In this document: positions 62,301 to 64,000 of the stretch, one piece after another
Position numbering within the stretch: position 1 is the first letter of the stretch
Layout: every line of letters begins with the position of its first letter
The notes under the pieces: model-generated
Database searches by the model: none
What the model was told of the DNA's origin: nothing
What the model saw: only the letters and a program-made list of their open reading frames with translations
Source: Eledone cirrhosa
Taxonomy: Eukaryota
Assembly (NCBI GenBank): GCA_964016885.1
Contig: OZ024740.1
Location: 422,964,001 to 423,028,000, forward strand
DNA length: 64,000 nucleotides
Reading direction: 5' to 3'
Translations under genes and position numbers: made by a program

Positions 62301-64000
62301 GGTCTGGATGTAAGGAGAGCTAGACCTTAGGACTGAGAGGAGATGTTGATAGAGAAGGTCAGAAGTGTGGAGAGAGTGGTTGACAGGTCTGGATGTAAGG
62401 AGGGGTGACCTTAGGACTGAGAGGAGATGTTGATAGAGAAGGTCAGAAGTGTGGAGAGAGTGGCTGACAGGTCTGGATGTGAGGAGAGCTGGACCTTAGG
62501 ACAGAGAAGAGGTGTTGATGGAGAAGGTCAGAAGTGTGGAGAGAGTGGTTGACAGGTCTGGATGTAAGGAGAGCTAGACCTTAGGACAGAGAGGAGATGT
62601 TGATAGAGAAGGTCAGAAGTGTGGAGAGAGTGGTTGACAAGTCTGGATGTAAGGAGAGGTGGACCTTAAGACAGAGAAGAGGTGTTGATAGAGAAGGTCA
62701 GAAGTGTGGAGAGAGTGGCTGACAGGTCTGGATGTAAGGAGAGCTGGACCTTAGGACAGAGAAGAGGTGTTGATGGAGAAGGTCAGAAGTGTGGAGAGAG
62801 TGGCTGACAGGTCTGGATGTGAGGAGAGCTGGACCTTAGGACAGAGAAGAGGTGTTGATAGAGAAGGTCAGAAGTGTGGAGAGAGTGGTTGACAGGTCTG
62901 GATGTAAGGAGAGGTGGACCTTAGGACAGAGAAGAGGTGTTGATGGAGAAGGTCAGAAGTGTGGAGAGAGTGGCTGACAGGTCTGGATGTGAGGAGAGCT
63001 GGACCTTAGGACAGAGAAGAGGTGTTGATAGAGAAGGTCAGAAGTGTGGAGAGAGTGGTTGACAGGTCTGGATGTAAGGAGAGCTGGACCTTAGGACAGA
63101 GAGGAGGTGTTGTTTGAGAAGGTCAGAAGTGTGGAGAGAGTGGTTGACAGGTCTGGATGTAAGGAGAGCTAGACCTTAGGACAGAGAGGAGGTGTTGATA
63201 GACAAGGTCAGAAGTGTGGAGAGAGTGGTAGAGAGGTCTGGATGTAAGGAGAGCTAGACCTTAGGACATAGAGGAGATGTTGATAGAGAAGGTCAGAAGT
63301 GTGGAGAGAGTGGTTGACAGGTCTGGATGTAAGGAGAGGTGGACCTTAGGACATAGAGGAGGTGTTGATAGAGAAGGTCAGATGTGTGGAGAGAGTGGTT
63401 GACAGGTCTGGATGTAAGGAGAGCTAGACCTTAGGACAGAGAGGAGATGTTGATAGAGAAGGTCAGAAGTGTGGAGAGAGTGGTTGACAGGTCTGGATGT
63501 AAGGAGAGCTAGGCCTTAGGAAAGAGAGGAGGTGTTGATAGAGAAGATCAGAAGTGTGGAGAGAGTGGTTGACAGGTCTGGATGTAAGGAGAACTGAACC
63601 TTAGGAAAGAGAGGATGTGTTGATAGAGAAGATCAGAAGTGTGGAGAGAGTGGTTACAGGTCTGGATGTAAGGAGAGCTAGACCTTAGGAAAGAGAGGAG
63701 GTGTTGATAGAGAAGATCAGAAGTGTGGAGAGAGTGGTAGAGAGGTCTGGATGTAAGGAGAACTGGACCTTAGGAAAGAGAGGAGGTGTTGATAGAGAAG
63801 ATCAGAAGTGTGGAGAGAGTGGTTGACAGGTCTGGATGTAAGGAGAGCTAGACCTTAGGACAGAGAGGAGGTGTTGATGGAGAAGGTAAGAAGTGTGGAG
63901 AGAGTGGTTGACAGGTCTGGATGTAAGGAGAGCTAGACCTTAGGAAAGAGAGGAGGTGTTGATAGAGAAGGTCAGAAGTGTGGAAAGAGTGGTTGACAGG

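Larger units (their letters stand above)
1..64000 (+). repeat. 85-bp tandem satellite array, about 750 head-to-tail monomers, running off both window edges
   Basis: The unit GTCTGGATGT...GGTTGACAG starts at 1, 86, 171, 256 and continues to the end. Every line of the window matches the consensus with only a few substitutions or 1-7 bp deletions. No inversion or foreign insert was seen. Confidence 0.99.

Noticed and set aside
1-64000. CRISPR array
   Set aside because: The entire unit is repeated, with no unique spacers, leader or cas genes.
1-64000. Canonical three-tier G-quadruplex array or CENP-B boxes
   Set aside because: The consensus has only GG runs, and it lacks the TTCG....A..CGGG pattern and any CpG.
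1-64000. Variant order as an encoded message or programmed cassette system
   Set aside because: Nested tandem duplication and recombination explain the variant patterns. No recombinase, reverse transcriptase, target gene or boundary element is present in the window.
1-64000. Assignment to a named satellite family or organism
   Set aside because: I do not recognise the consensus, and a database search is required.

Overview
The whole 64-kb window is one uninterrupted, single-orientation tandem satellite array of about 750 copies of an 85-bp monomer. The consensus is GTCTGGATGTAAGGAGAGCT(A/G)GACCTTAGGACAGAGAGGAGGTGTTGATAGAGAAGGTCAGAAGTGTGGAGAGAGTGGTTGACAG (G35 A26 T17 C7; about 49% GC, 72% purine, no CpG). 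I see no unique sequence, credible gene, RNA gene, transposon or CRISPR array, and the six listed ORFs are by-products of the repeat. The information lies in the variants. They define nested, near-identical higher-order duplications of 5, 14, 18, 21, 22, 31, 44/46, 56 and 84 monomers. They also define two variant domains that meet at about 40.7 kb. The monomer itself splits into three related 27-29-bp subunits and carries competing short inverted repeats. The array looks like eukaryotic satellite DNA, but organism and function cannot be determined from this sequence. I found no protein-based system. All comparisons were made by eye from marker variants, not by computed alignment.
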